NCBI RefSeq assembly: GCF_006345805.1
Contig: NW_021824355.1
Coordinates: forward strand, 1-18,933
DNA: 18,933 nucleotides
Direction: 5' to 3'
Source: Octopus sinensis
Lineage: Eukaryota
The notes beneath the pieces were generated by a model that was given only the letters and a program-made list of their open reading frames with translations, had not been told where the DNA came from and made no database searches. Shown piece by piece: positions 18,554 through 18,933 of the stretch. The position numbers were made by a program, and so were the translations under genes. Positions within the stretch are counted from its first letter, which is position 1; every line of letters starts with the position of its first letter.

Positions 18554-18933
18554 TTGGGTTGTCCGGAAAGTTCGTGTCGATTTATAGCAGCTTACATTTC
18601 GACTTATTTTAGAACATGGTTGAGTCCGTAAAATATGATTTGACTACACATCCATTTAAAGCACAGTTTAAGCTATCTTTTCGTGGAAGACGGTTTACGT
18701 TCCTATAACCTGTGTTAATTCTGTAACCCTTTAAAATGGAAGATAAGAAAGTTCCATTTTCGGCACTTGATGCTTTGGGAACCAGACAAAATTGCTGCAG
18801 CTCGGCTGGGATTGTTACCTCACCCTCCATATTCACCAGATGTTGCTCTTCGGATTTCCACTGATCAGTCTCTGCAGAGTAGTCTTAATGGTAAAATTTC
18901 AATTCCTTAGATGACGTAAAAGATTACCTTGAT
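18554..18933 (+). mobile_element. Internally deleted mariner element (continues past the window end)
   Basis: TIR-like TTGGGTTGTCCGGAAAGTTCGTGTCGATTT at 18554 (preceded by CA rather than TA). ATG at 18736 gives MEDKKV/HFRHLMLWE, joined at ~18781 to the C-terminal KLLQLGWD/LPHPPYSPDVA/SDFH/QSLQSSLNGK/FNSLDDVKDYLD; several frameshifts. Confidence 0.92.

Noticed and set aside
18315-18836. ORFs 18315..18587 (+) and 18609..18836 (-)
   Set aside because: The minus ORF lies within the mariner, antisense and overlapping its decayed transposase; the plus ORF runs from unique DNA into the TIR with no recognisable motif

Overview
AT-rich, microsatellite-saturated eukaryotic non-coding DNA. The SINE families and repeat make-up look like a coleoid cephalopod, probably Octopus (inference from recalled repeat families, not a database search). 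There is no intact full-length protein gene, and almost all ORFs in the supplied track are simple-repeat artefacts. Supported content: (i) a frameshifted Penelope-like GIY-YIG endonuclease remnant with a degenerate minimal hammerhead ribozyme in its 3' region; (ii) two decayed mariner elements, one internally deleted; (iii) at least 12 copies or fragments of 3-4 tRNA-derived SINE families; (iv) an 876-bp head-to-tail SINE multimer bounded by one 10-bp direct repeat; (v) a 67-bp minisatellite that appears to derive from a SINE tail; (vi) weaker RTE-LINE, hAT and THAP-like relics; (vii) a few short candidate minus-strand exons of an unidentified host transcript. I cannot demonstrate a new biological system. 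The best leads are the TSD-bounded SINE multimer, the PLE hammerhead, the SINE-derived minisatellite, the 88-bp perfect palindrome and the candidate micro-exons. TE boundaries are approximate (about +/-10-20 bp) unless stated.
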